In this document: piece by piece, positions 1-13,245 of the stretch
How positions within the stretch are numbered: the stretch's first letter is position 1
Layout: each line of letters begins with the position of its first letter
Assembly: GCF_018350175.1 (NCBI RefSeq)
Contig: NC_058368.1
Coordinates: 101,558,001-101,622,000 of the forward strand
Length of the DNA stretch: 64,000 nt
Direction: 5' to 3'
From: Felis catus
Lineage: Eukaryota
Position numbers and translations under genes: made by a program
The notes under the pieces: generated by a model
Database searches by the model: none
Told to the model about the DNA's origin: nothing
The model's input: the letters and a program-made list of their open reading frames with translations, nothing else

Positions 1-21
1 GTAATTATTTCACTTTTTCTT

Positions 22-247
22 TCTTAAAAAAAATTTTTTTTTTAATGTTTATTTTTGAGAGAGAGAGTCAGAGCACGAGCACAAGCAGGGGAGACATGGG
101 AGAGAGAGGGAGACGTGGAATCCAAAGCAGTCTCCAGGCTCTGAGCTGTCAGCACAGAGCCTGATGCGGGGCTCAAACCCATGGACTGTGAGATCATGAC
201 CTGAGCTGAAGTCCCATGCTCAACTGACTGAGCCACCCAGAAGCCCC
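22..247 (-). mobile_element. CanSINE (feline SINEC type) with 16-bp target-site duplication
   Basis: tRNA-derived head, (GA)n, T-tail; TSD tatttcactttttctt at 6-21 and 248-263. Confidence 0.9.
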
Positions 248-301
248 TATTTCACTTTTTCTTAAAATAGGAGAGACTCTGTTTCCTAGAATGTCTGTCT
301 G

Positions 302-361
<60 letters not shown>

Positions 362-362
362 T
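302..362. repeat. (TTTC)n microsatellite
   Basis: Direct reading. Confidence 0.95.
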
Positions 363-1995
363 CCTCTTTTTTTTTTAATTTCATTGCACTGTTAAATGCA
401 AGAGGTAAAAGTGAACATCTTTGTCTTACTCTTCAGTCACAAATGGAAAGCATTCAATCTTTCACCATTGAATATGATGGTAGCTGAGAGTTTCTCTTAG
501 ATGTCCTTTACCAGGTGGAGGAAGTTACCTTCTGTTCCAGATTCGCAGATGCTTTCTCCATCTCTATTAAGATGATGACTGGTTTTTCGTATTTATTCTG
601 TTACTCTGATGAGTTACGTTGGTGGATTTTGGAATGTTAACCTAAACTTGCGTCCCTGGGCTAAATTATCCTTGATCGTGGTGTCTCGTCCACTCTTAAT
701 CCCTAATGTCCCCCCTAGTCCCACAAGGATGTATTGGATGTTCAGTAAGCACTTGCTGAATTAAGACAGTGAGATTTCTTACATGATTTTCTATTCTTGG
801 AAACCTTTGAACACATTTGAATAAATCAGTCATTTAATAAACCAAAATATATTGCTACCTTGTTGAGCGATCATTTCACAACAACTTCAATTAGTAGGAG
901 TGTAGGTGATGACTCAGAAGGAAGTCGAAAAGCTCTTTGACAGTCCTTTCATTGAAGAGCTTCAGAACATGTTTATTTTTACATTCCGTATATAGTCCTA
1001 ACAAGCTTGATGATCTGGTTCTCTTGCCTCCTACAGATCAGAAGCAACAAGCCAGAGCGTAGGAGATACTAGAGATTGCTAAATTAAGAGTATAAAGATT
1101 AACAACTGTCAGTGGCAGAGAGGGGAAAAAAGGCACTGTAGGAATAATTTTAAAAGCTTAGTAGCTGGGAACTCTTCATGTCTTAATTGTGGTTCCAGGC
1201 TCTTAACAGCATAATAAAAGCAGCGTAGAGCACAATAAAAGTAGCATTTTCGAGTTGGAATACACTTCAGTGAGCTTCTCATTGACTATTTCTGAACTTG
1301 CTTTCTGCTTTTACAACATGTGAGGGGTAGATCTGACACATGCATCCGGGACTGGCTCTGGCAAGAGTGGCTTCCGCCAAAATAGTGATTCCCAGCGGCA
1401 AAGGGAAATTTGTAAGTTGGGTGGGTGTGTGTGTGCGTCCCCCTAGTGGGACCTTCATCACCTCACCTTTGTCACATAACATAACCTGATCATGAGAGTG
1501 AAATCCGGGGTCTCACCCCCACTCACAAGGAGGGAATTAGATGGGGTGGGTGCACCTGAGGTTGAGAATCCTGGCGGGTGAGCCCAGCGTGATGCTTGCC
1601 TCAGGGTTATTAAAGAGAGCAGTCTCTTCTGTGTTAAAATAAAAATTGAATCTTTCCTATGTGACAGGCATTTCTCTAGGCCCTGGAAACATGAGGCTAA
1701 GACGCGCAGCCTCCGTGTCTGGTGCGGTGTTGGAGACCCACAGTGGAGCACTGTGTATAATGTAATGAGCTGCAGTAGAGGTGTAACCAGGCTACACAGT
1801 GAACGTCCAGGAGAAGGTGCAGTGAGGGAGAACGTTGGCTCGGGAAGAGTTAAGTGTGCGAATGGAAAAAATGAACACATTGCTGCAGTTCTTGAAGACA
1901 CAGAAAATGCTTAAAACTGCTCGTTGATTTTCCAGGAAGGGCAGTTTGGGATTCAGGATGAGGAAACAATTAAAATCCTTCTTCTTTCCCCCCAG

Positions 1996-2144
1996 ATGGT
2001 ATACCTCAAGTTTACTATTTTGGCCCGTGTGGTAAATACAACGCCATGGTGCTCGAACTGCTCGGACCTAGTTTGGAAGATTTGTTTGACCTGTGTGACA
2101 GGACGTTTTCTCTGAAGACTGTTCTCATGATCGCTATCCAGCTG
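1996..2144 (+). CDS. CSNK1G3: CSNK1G3 coding exon (149 nt): (D)[49 protein letters not shown]
   Basis: Acceptor tttccccccag|AT, donor CTG|gtaagg; phase 1 to 0; CK1 hinge motif. Confidence 0.96.
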
Positions 2145-3694
2145 GTAAGGCAAGCAGGAGGCTCTGAGGCTGATCGAACCGCCGTGCGGTTCGTTTGGTC
2201 CCACGTTTATGTTGAAAGGTTAAAGTCTGTTCTCTTTACGGAACGCGTGACCTCGTGAAGTTTCTGCTTTTCCTCCCATTGTCTTTTTAGGATGCAAATA
2301 ACTTAAAATAACTGAGCCAAGTATATTTTATTTGGGTGGAAGAATTAATATGTTAACTGCTTTCAGATCAGAATGCTGAGCTTGAGAATGGTTTCCAGCC
2401 CTCTTTTCATGTCACTGATGAGTGCTTAGAAAAGAGAGCCCTCGGAAACAGGGTTTATAATGTTAGTCATAAATTCTAATGGCCTAGAAAAAGAAGAAAC
2501 AATGGAAAGTCTTATAAATTATTGAAATCTCAGGGAGCCTATGGGAAAACAGCTTAAGAGGATGATTTAAGGTAGTTTTGAAATCAACTCCAGTAGTATG
2601 TTCCAGAAATCTCAAAATGGTTTTTCTCCATTGACTCATTAATTTAGCCTATGGAACTGTTCACATATGTACTTAAAGCTATTTATGCAACGATGTTTGT
2701 CATAAAATGGGAAACAACCCAAGTGGAGAGAAATAATAGGGTTAGTTGAGTAAATTATTCATAGCCATAAAATAGTACCCAGCCATTAAAAAGTGTGTAT
2801 TAGAAGAATGTCTTATAACCCGGAAAATGCTCGTAATGTATCATTAATGAAAAGTGTAGGTCATAGAATATTGTATACCGTGATCCACAATTTGTTAATA
2901 ATCTAAAATGGCCTAAGTAGCTATATGTTTCCATTGTGTTGTCGACCATTATTATCACTAAATGAAGCAATTTTATTTTGTTATTTATAATGTCCTATTT
3001 TGTGACAGTTTGTAGTATATTACTATATTGTGTGAATATAACATATAGTATGTATACATTCACTATATAAATCGTATATAATATATATTATGTGAACGTG
3101 TACTGTATAATCATTAGAGTGGTATCCCAAAGTTTTCTGGTTTCAAGATCTTTTAAAATGTTTAATACCTAAGGAAAGACACGAGTAAGTTATAAAAAAA
3201 GAGAAAGAAAGATAGCCCAAAGGGTACTGTGTTGTTTTCATTTAACAGTTTAGACTCTAGGTTTCTTTAATATAACTATAAAAGTTGCTTGGTGATTGGA
3301 ATAATTGATAAGAGCAAATTGCAACTTTATGAATATGTCTGTTCATATGTCTCAGTTCAAGAGTTAGTAAACCTTTTTGATTGTCTGAGGTGGCATCATC
3401 TGTAAGTGCTGACTGAATCAGGCTTACCAATATGAAAGGCATTGATGAAATTCAAATAATTGATTTATAAGTGATCACAGTAATACTGAAAGCAAAGACT
3501 TTTAGGCATAACTAGATATATATTTGAGAAACTGTAGACTGATACCATGTTATTTTTAAAGGGTTGAGACAATTTCTGATTTTTATGTTGTTTTCATTGT
3601 AAGAATTTCATCTTGTGTCTATCATGCTTTTTTATGCTAGTCAAAACCTAAAATAAAACATTCTTTCTTTTTGTTGTTGTTTTTGTGAATCAAG

Positions 3695-3929
3695 ATTTCT
3701 CGCATGGAATATGTCCATTCAAAGAACTTGATATACAGAGATGTAAAGCCTGAGAACTTCTTAATAGGACGACCAGGAAACAAAACCCAGCAAGTTATTC
3801 ATATTATAGATTTTGGTTTGGCAAAGGAATATATCGATCCAGAGACAAAGAAACACATACCATACAGAGAACACAAGAGCCTTACAGGAACAGCTAGATA
3901 TATGAGCATAAACACACATTTAGGAAAAG
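3695..3929 (+). CDS. CSNK1G3: CSNK1G3 coding exon (235 nt): [23 protein letters not shown]...[10 protein letters not shown]...[16 protein letters not shown]
   Basis: Acceptor aatcaag|ATT, donor AAAG|gtatgt; catalytic loop, DFG and activation segment; phase 0 to 1. Confidence 0.97.
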
Positions 3930-5769
3930 GTATGTGTACCTTTTGTAAGTATGGAATTTGAATTCAATGCCTGTGCAAACAGCGCGAGTTTTTATTTGTT
4001 ATTATGGTTCAGTTTTGGGGGGCTTATGCTTGCTTCTGTTGTAATTTTTATTTATCCCGTCTAGCTAGAGTTTATATTTAATAAAACTCTTTTAAAGTAA
4101 GGTGCCGTAGAGTAAATGAACGGCAAATTTCTTATTTTACTGTGTCTGTTTTTTATATGACAGCTCGAAATGTTCAACTTTGATACATTTAGGTCGATGC
4201 ATTTGATAATTTTTATTAAAGAATATGAGAGAATCCTTAATTGTGGCTGAATTTAGTGTGTGAAGATTCTTGATTGAGACTGTGGCTCTCTGATAACAGC
4301 TAGCCAGGGAGACCTGGCATCCTGCCCAGTACATTTAATGCTAGAAGTATATACCTTAGTGGTTTTCTTCACTGTAGAAACTATATGACTTTGGGCAAAT
4401 TATTTAACTTTTTTTGAAGGGGGTTCCTTATTAATAGAAAGGATAAACTAAGATCAATCTCACAGAGTTCTTAAAGGCTTTTTTTTTTTTTTTCCCTGTC
4501 CAGAATCCAGTTCAGGACCACACATTTCATCTACTTGTCACATCTCTCTAGTCTGTTTTTATCTAGAACACTCCCTTGCTTTTCTCTACGGTTCATGGCC
4601 TTCATATTTCTGTAGAGTACATACAGGGTATTTTATAGGATGTCCTCAATTTGAGTTTGATCATTTCTTCATGACCATATTTGGATATGCATTTGTCGCA
4701 CAAATACACAAGCACTGGGTTGTCAGTGCATCATGTCAGGAGGCATGTGATGTCACTTGGTTGCAAGTAGTTTTGGTCACTTGCTTAGGGTACTGTCTGC
4801 TAAGTTCTTCTACCTACCAGTTTCCTATTTTCCCTTTGTAATTAAAAATAATTTGGAAGCAGATTTTTGAGATTATGTAAATATAAGTATGTTGTTCCCA
4901 TTAAATTCTACCCACTGGATTTAGCATCCGTCGATGATTTTCTAATTTATCATTCCTTGTGTGTTCATTGGTTGATAATCTAATGTAAGCAAAAGCTTTT
5001 ACTTCTTTTCCCATTTATTCACTTATGTCAGTGTGGACTCATGGACTCCTAGTGTACTGACAGCAGTATAGTACCTTACTGTCAGTATTTATTTTGATAC
5101 TCATACTGTCCCACATTTGGCCACTGGTTGTTCCATCTGGCTGACTGCTCTGTCTTTGTGGCTTGTTCTCACGACTCTTTGAGAACTTCTTTACTTTCTG
5201 GTGCAATGAGTTATTATAGATTTACCTTGTAGTTTCTGTGCTCTAGCCCAGAAACAGACATTTCTCCGAGTAGCTCTGGAGCTCCTTTTATTGGGTAATG
5301 TTAGGTAGAAACCAAGATTTGGGCACTGGGTATACTCATTGCTACTGCTGTGTTATTGCTGGCCCCGTTGGTGGCGGAACTGAGAAATGCGCGTGTGTCT
5401 ATGAATCACATGTAAGCACAGATACACACATGCACATATGCCTGCACACGTATGTGCATCTATGCATGTATTAATGCCTATCTAATAAGAATCTTGAGTT
5501 TATATTGATAGTTTTAATTTCATTCCAACACCACAAAGTAGTGTCCCCCTTTTCCACATTTGTTATTCCCTTCTCTTGTCTGTATTTTTCTGTCTTCTGG
5601 GCCGACAGGGAGAAATCTGGCTACCACTTCTCTCTTTACTCATTTTTAGAAGCCTACTATGATCCTCAGAATCTAGTTTCAGAATTGGTAACTGATAACA
5701 GTATGTCAAGCAAGCTTACCAAAATTAACAGTATTTGTACTTAATTTACTGAAAATTTCATTAAAAAAA

Positions 5770-5987
5770 TTTTTTTTAACATTTATTTATTTTTGAGAGG
5801 CACAGAGAGAGCGAGCAAGAGAGCACGAGTTGGGGAGGGGAAGAGGGAGAGAGGGAGACATAGAATCTGGAGCAGGCTCCAGGCGCTGAGCTGTCCGCAC
5901 AGAGCCCGACATGGGGCTCAAACCCACAAACTGTGAGACCGTGACCTGAGCCGAAGTGGGACACTTATGAGCCACCCAAGTGCCCCC
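5770..5987 (-). mobile_element. CanSINE
   Basis: Consensus head and tail. Confidence 0.9.
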
Positions 5988-6202
5988 AAAAGTTCATTTT
6001 TTAAATTAAAAAGGAATTTACATTGAATTAAGTTTATAACATTTGAGTGTATGATTTGTAGTTTTTGACATATGTACACACCTACATAAGCCCCAACTCT
6101 GTCAAGATTTAGAACATATCATCTCATACACTTCATTCTTGCTCTTCCCCCACCGTCTCCCAAAGGAGCCATTGCTGTGATTTCTATCATTAATCTAGCA
6201 TG

Positions 6203-6435
6203 TTTTTTTTTTTTTAAGTTTTAGTTTTTTGGTGTTTTTAGTTTTTAGTTTATTTATTTATTTTGAGAGAGACAGAGCACAAGTGAGGGAAGGGCAGAGT
6301 GAGAGGGAGAGAATCCCAACTAGGCTCCCCACTGACAGTGCAGCGCCTTATGTAGGTTTCAAACTCACAAAACTGTGAGATCATGACCTGAGCCGAAATC
6401 AAGAGTCACTGACTGAGCAACTGACTATGCGCCCC
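6203..6435 (-). mobile_element. CanSINE
   Basis: Consensus head and tail. Confidence 0.85.
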
Positions 6436-7384
6436 GTTCATCGATTAATTTTGCTGATTCTATTGCTTCATATAAATGGAATTATCTGGCTTCTTTTGCT
6501 CAGTGTAAGGTTAGGGTTTGTTTTTCAAGTATCAGTAATTTGTTTCTTTTTAAGGCTAAGTAGTATTGCGTTGCATTAATATACCATAAATTATTCTAAT
6601 GTTGACACACATTTTGATTATTAACAGGTGTTTACTATTATGAATTTTTAAATCTTTCAGTGGACATATGTTTTCAGTTCTTTTGGGCAGATACTAAGGT
6701 TGGAATTACTGTGTCATGTGGGGGGTATTGTTTAACTTCATAGGAAACTGCCAGTCAGTACCCCAAAGCATTCATGCCATTTTCTGTTTCCACCAGCAGT
6801 AAATGAGAGTTCTGTTTGTTTCATAGTATTGACAGCTTTTGGTGTTAGCCTTCTTTTTCCTTCTAGCCATTGGCGTAGATATGTGGTGGCATTTTGTTTT
6901 GCTTGACTTACGATTCTGAGCACTGTTTCTTGTGCTTGCTTATTAGCCATTTGCTTATTTTCTTTTGTGATGTGTGCCATTTTATTGTTGCTTTGTAGGA
7001 ATTCTGTATATATTCTGGATATTCATTCTTTCCCAAATATATGTACTGTGAATAGATTCTTCTGGTCTGTGGCTTGCCTGCTCATTTTCTTAACGGTGTC
7101 AGTAGATGTGCACAAGTTGTGAATATTTGTGTGGTCAGTTTTTTGCCAGGTTTTTGTTTTAGGATTGCTACTGTTTGAATCCTAAGAAATCTTTGTCCCC
7201 GTGAGATCTGCATGTGAGTTAGAGGCTGAGGTTCTTTTTCTGATGTCATATTCTTTCCCATTGAGTTACTTCTTTGCCTTTCCAAAAAAATCAGTTCTGG
7301 GTTATGTTTTTGGTGGTTTATTTTTAAGTCTTACAAACCATGGTCAGTTTTCATATCAGAGAAAGACTTAATTCTCTGCTTTTA

Positions 7385-7603
7385 TTTTACTTATTTATTT
7401 TTAAATGTTTATTTATTTCTGAGACAGAGAGAGACAGAGCATGAGTGGGGGAGGGGCAGAGAGAGAGGGAGACCCAGAATTCAAAGCAGGCTCCAGGCTT
7501 GAACTGTCAGCACAGAGCCTGACAAGGGGCTCGAACTCACAAACCATGAGATCATGACCTGAGCCGGTCAGTCGCTCAACCGACTGAGCCACCCAGGTGC
7601 CCC
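7385..7603 (-). mobile_element. CanSINE with TSD
   Basis: TSD aattct(c/g)tgctttta at 7370 and 7604. Confidence 0.9.
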
Positions 7604-10254
7604 AATTCTGTGCTTTTAGATTGCATTGCTGACATCTCACTCACAAGGAAGAACAGACAAACGTAAACCAGTCAGTACTTACCCGGCATCACTGCCCACA
7701 TGTACCCTAAAGACATACTTTATGTACAAGACCTTAGGAGTCATCTGACCCAGCCTTCAACTCGTGGTCGTAGCTTCTTCTCTATCCATTCTTCCCAGAC
7801 TTATCTGCTGTTTACTGCATGTCCCTGCTTCTTCCTCTCAGTCAGAACAAGTGGCACTTGGAATTTTCCCTGACAGCCTCCTGATAGGAGAGCCATGGTA
7901 TTTTTTTGTCTTCAGGTGTCTGAAATGCCTGAAAAATGTAAATTTGTCTTTCTTTAAGAAACGTTTCATGGATCTAAAATTATAAAGCACACGTTGCATT
8001 CACGTGGTATTTGGGGGAGGGGTTGCGTTTCAATAGCAAACTTTCACGATAGATTTAAAATAAGATTGAAGAGATACACAACTTTCAGGATTGTGTTTGA
8101 TGTTACAGTCAGGCACACCTGTATGTATATGAGCTGTGTCTGTGAGAGATTTTCATTTTGTGGTAGTTGCTAACAGCCTATTTTATAACAACTAACAAAG
8201 GTTCACCACCATTTTATTGTGAGACATGAAGTCACAACTTCCTTATGGCCCGATGTTTTTTTATCTGAACAATGGTAAATGTAACAGCCTTCTATTTGTA
8301 GAAATGGCCAAGTGAATCTGATATGTTTGTCCTTGTTAGGAAAAGCCTTCAGAGCTTGGGAAATGGCATTTAACTATTGTAGTCATCTCTTTTTCCTCCT
8401 TTTTCAGGAAGAAAACATAAACAAAATATTTCTCGGGCAGGTACTGCAAAGAACAAAAGCTTTAATCCTTACTTTATCCCATTTGTAAAAGCCCTGCTTC
8501 CAGTCTCGATGTAGAACTTGGAAGTAGATGGGCAATGTTAATAGTGAGAAGATTTGTTTGCCAGGTTATGTGAGTTCCTGTTTTTTAAGAAATTAAGAGT
8601 AAGCTAAAGTCATGTGAGTTTAAGTGCTGAAGAGTTAAAGCATTTTATAAGTGAGATGGCAGTGAACACGGACTTAGTCGTGTGTGGCGTTTAGAGCACT
8701 TGGCTTTGTGAGGAGTCATGAGTAGATAAAAAAGAAAAAGTGGTGAAAATGTGACCTTTTAGTGGCGATTTTTAATTTGTGTATATATAATTGCTGTCTT
8801 TCCTACTCTGCCTGGACTTTGGTGATTACATTTAAAGCCTTCTTATTCATTGCTTTATTCTTGTGTATTTAAGGACTTTGTACACACAGGAGCGTTTCGA
8901 AATAGAGAATTTGGTCAGACGAACATTTGCGCAGATTTATAAATATTTTTCCTTTGTGGAGATTAGTGCACTGTTCCAGGTTTAAAAAGGAAAAAGGCGG
9001 AAGAAGAGTGTAAGATCACATTGTGGAATTTTAGCCTCTTTATTCCTGTGGTATAGATCTTTTGATCTTAACTGGGTGATTAATATTCGGAAGGCACAGA
9101 TGTAGTGATTCTCTTGTGTACCTTCTCATACCTTCTTAAGTCCTTGTTTTGGATGCAATCTCACTAAAGCTGTGTGTGACCTGACTTTCTTTGGTCGCCT
9201 CTTGTGGAAGCCTTCTTTACTATTTTCATGTCGAATTGTTATTTTAAATTGTGTCTGCTCACGGTCTCCTTTTTGATATCTTTCCAAATACTTTTTTTTT
9301 TTTTTTTTGTCAAATGCTTTGAACCTCATTTCATAATCTTCCTTTGGACCACTCTCTTTTCCCTTCATGAAAAGGCAGCTTTTGTGGAAGTCATTTGAAA
9401 TTAAGTAAATACCCTGTATTTCTCTTTAGTAGGTAGCACTAGAATTGTCTTGTTTTCAAAATTATTATGGAGTATTCATTAATAAAGAGACTAGGCTTTG
9501 AGGAATAAACTTCAGTTGCTTTGCAAGTGTTAATCTGTGTTCTGTAGAAGAATTAACATTTCAAGCCACTATGTGGTAAGCTCTCTGAATAAGAGCGAAG
9601 GGATCACAGAATTTATGGTTTTACAAAAATGCCTTCTTTCTGTGTTGTCATCTTAGGATGTGATTCATTTAATTTCTAGGTTAATTGCCCAAATTCCTGA
9701 GGACAGCTTTTTTAGCTTCCCAAACAGCTTTTTCGCAGTTTAGAAACATGTATTTACGTTTTATAATTATGTTTTAACAGTTTAAAAATGTATTGCACAA
9801 TCCCTTGCTTTCTGAAGCATGATGAGCATAATTTACATTCTCTGGGTGATTCAGCATCATAATTTTTGGATGATTACTATTATATAGTGATGACCTCAAG
9901 TTTAGTTGAGGAATGTTAGGACGTATACCTTGAACTAAATAAGTGTAGAGAAAATGCATTTAAATAGTAGTGTGTTTTTTTTTAAACAGATGTTACTTTT
10001 TTTGAACAGTTATTATTATTTTTTTTAAGAGCAGCTTTTGATTCATACCAAAATTAGGCAGAACGTACACAGGTATTCCTTTTATTTCCTGCCCACACAC
10101 ATGCAGCGCTGTCCCCACTATCAACATTCCCCACTAGAGTGGTACATTTGTTATAATTGTTGAACCTGCATTGACACATCCTTATCATTGAGTCCATAGT
10201 TTACTTTGGGATTTCCTCTTGGTATTGTACATTCTATGAGTTTGGATAAATTAC

Positions 10255-10465
10255 AATTTTTTTTAATGTTTGTATTTATTTTTGAGACAGAGACAGAGCC
10301 TGAGCAGGGGAGAGGCAGAGAGAGAGGGAGACACAGAATCCGAAGCAGGCTCCAGGCTCTGAGCTGTCAGCACAGAGCCCAACACAGGGCTTGAACCCGT
10401 GAACCGCGAGATCATGACCTGAGCTGAAGTTGGACGCTCAACTGACTAAGCCACCCAAGCGCCCC
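10255..10465 (-). mobile_element. CanSINE nested in L1
   Basis: Consensus sequence; TSD tggataaatt. Confidence 0.9.
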
Positions 10466-11104
10466 TGGATAAATTTATAATGACATGTGTCTACCATTAT
10501 AGTATTATACAGAACAGTTCCACTTCCCTAGGCATCCTCTATACCTAATCATCCTTCCTTCCCCACCAACCCCTCCCTCCCTCCAAACCCCTGGCCACCA
10601 CTGGTCTTTTTATTTATTGTCTCCATGGTTTTACCTTTTCCAGATACCACATAGTTGGAGTTAAGCAATATGTAGCCATTTCAGACTGGCTTCTTTTACT
10701 TAGTAATATGCTGTGCTTTTAAGGGTTCTGCATGTTTTTCCCTGGCTTGATAGCTCATTTCCTTTTAGTGCTGAATAATATTCCATTGTCTGGATCCTCC
10801 ATAGTTTATCCACTCATATACTGAAGGATATCTTGGTTGCCTGTAAGTTTGGCATTTATGAGTAAAGGTGCTGTAAGCATCCATGTGCAGGTTTTTGTGG
10901 GACCTAAGCTTTCAACTCTCTGGATAAACCCCAAGGAGCTCAATCCTGCATCATATGTTGAGAATATGTTGTAAGGCACCCCCAAACTGTCTTCCGAACT
11001 GGCCATACCGTTCTGCGCTCCTACCACCGATGGATGGGAGTTCCTGTGGGTCCACATTCTTGCCAGCGCTTGGTATTGTTAGTGTTATACATTTCCACCA
11101 TCCT

Positions 11105-11935
11105 AACGGGTTCCTGGGATGAGCTCCTATGTGGAAAAGGGCTTTTCCCTTCCACAATACCAAGCAGTTCTCAGCCACCAGTAGCATGTCTGAGAATTCA
11201 ACTTAATACTGGCACTATCTATGTGGAGAAAGCATCAGATCCCAAGGTTAAGGATTCTGTCCTGTAAGACTGCTCCCCTCCCCCTCTTCTGGACTCCAGT
11301 TTCAAGCTCTGGGCTATTACTGGTGCTTCTGACTAATCAGCTACAGATTAGAGGTTCTAGCTACCTCCTCCTTAAGTTCAATTTATTTGCTAGAATGGTT
11401 TCATAGATTCACATTTATCAGTTTATTATAGGATATGATAAAGAATACAAATGAACAGTCAGATGAAGAGCTATGGACAGTGAAATCCCAAACAAAGGAG
11501 CTTCTGTCCCTAAGGGGCTTGGGGCGTGGCTTGGTGGCACATGGGAGTGTTCTGGTTCCCCAAGTGTGGAAGCCCTCCCAAAAGGACCAAAAAGCTGCCC
11601 TCCTGGGTTTTTATGGGGGCTTCATTACATAGTCAGTATTCACTAAGTCCGTGGCCATTGGTTGATTCAATCTCCAGCCTCTCCTCACTCCCTGGTGGTT
11701 GGGGGGTACAACTAAAAGTTCCAAACCTCAATAATCATATGTATGGCCTTCCTGGCAATCAGCCCCTGACCTTGGGTGGGTCCAAAATTTACCTTCATTA
11801 ATAATAAGACACCATTTCACCTTTCTGGTTCTGAAGTGTTTTCAGGAGCTATGGATGAAGACCACATATACCTGAGAAATATATTTTGGTTATCTGAGTG
11901 ATGAAATATATATTTCTTGTAAATCATTATTTCAA
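11105..11935. mobile_element. Solo LTR, MER21-like, nested in L1
   Basis: 'gcatcagatcccaaggttaagg...aagactgctcccc' resembles the recalled MER21 consensus; L1 sequence resumes on both sides. Confidence 0.6.
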
Positions 11936-13008
11936 GTAGTGTTATCTCATTGTTGTTTTAATTCGTGTTTCCTGATGACATATGATGTGTATGTACCGTC
12001 TTTTCATGTGCTTATTTGTCATCGATATATCTTCCTTGGTGAGGTGTTTTTGAAGGTCTTTGGCCCATTTTTAATCAGGTTGTTTGTTTTTATTATTTTT
12101 GATTTTAAGAATTCTTTGTATATTTTGGGTAACAGTGCTTTATGAGACGTATCTTTTGCAAATATTTTCTCCCAGTCTGTAGCTTATCTTTTTATTCTCT
12201 TGAAAGTGGCTTTAGCAGAGCAGAAGTTTTAGTTTTAATGAAGTCCACTTCACCAGTTATTTCTTTTATGAACATGCCTGTGCTTTCATATCTAAAGAGT
12301 CATTTCCAAACTCACAGTCATCTAGATTTTCTCCCACATTATATTCTAGGAATTTTATAACTTTTCATTTGACAGGTCTTTGATCCAGTTGTGTTACTTT
12401 TGTGGAGGGTGTAAGATCTGTGGCTAGATTCATTTTTTTTTTATATATTGATATCCAGTTGTTCTAGTACTGTTTGTTGGGAAAAAAAAAAAAAAAACAA
12501 ACCTTTCCTCCCTTCTGTTGCCTTTGCTCAACTGTAAAGATGAGTTGACAGTATTTACGTGGGTCTGTCTTTGGACTGTCTTTTCTCTTCATTGATCTGT
12601 TTGTTCACAAATACTGCATTGTGTTGATGACTGTAGCTTTATAGTTAGTCTGAGGGTAGTGTATATTTTAATAGGGTTTTTTTTTTTTTTTGGTATTCAG
12701 ATGTCTTTTAGCCTAGTATTATTTATCATGTGTAGTGCACCTATTGCTGGTGGTACTTTGCTGTTCCCTTCTTTTGATTTGCTTCATTTGATAGCCAAAC
12801 TTACTGGATTTTATCCAGTTAAGAGAACTGGATTTGAAGAAGACTTCTTCAGGAATTGCAAGCATGTGCTGGGTCCTGTTGCTCGGGAAGCTTTGTTTTT
12901 TGCTAGATTAGGTATCTGGTGAGTTGTTACTGCAAATTGTCTTATATATTTGTGTCTTTTCTTTTCCTGAATAGGTTCATGTTTTCATTTAACAATACAA
13001 CCATTTTA

Positions 13009-13245
13009 TTTATTTATTTATTTATTTTTTTAAATTTTTTTTTCAACGTTTATTTATTTTTGGGACAGAGAGAGACAGAGCATGAACGGGGAAGGGGCAG
13101 AGAGAGAGGGAGACACAGAATCGGAACAGGCTCCAGGCTCTGAGCCATCAGCCCAGAGCCCGACGCGGGGCTCGAACTCACGGAGCGCGAGATCGTGACC
13201 TGGCTGAAGTCGGACGCTTAACCGACTGCGCCACCCAGGTGCCCC
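13009..13245 (-). mobile_element. Young feline CanSINE with perfect 15-bp TSD
   Basis: TSD aatacaaccatttta at 12994 and 13246; CpGs intact. Confidence 0.95.

Larger units (their letters stand above)
4490..7300 (-). mobile_element. Old L1 (L1M-type) 3' fragments, interrupted by SINEs
   Basis: Antisense L1 3'-end-like phrases such as 'tataaatggaatt', 'tatattctggatat', 'ctgtggcttgcc'; boundaries approximate. Confidence 0.6.
10020..12655 (-). mobile_element. L1 3' portion (antisense) carrying nested SINE and LTR insertions
   Basis: L1 3'UTR and ORF2 C-terminal antisense phrases ('ttttgcaaatattttctcccagtctgt', 'gatgactgtagctttatagt'). Confidence 0.75.
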
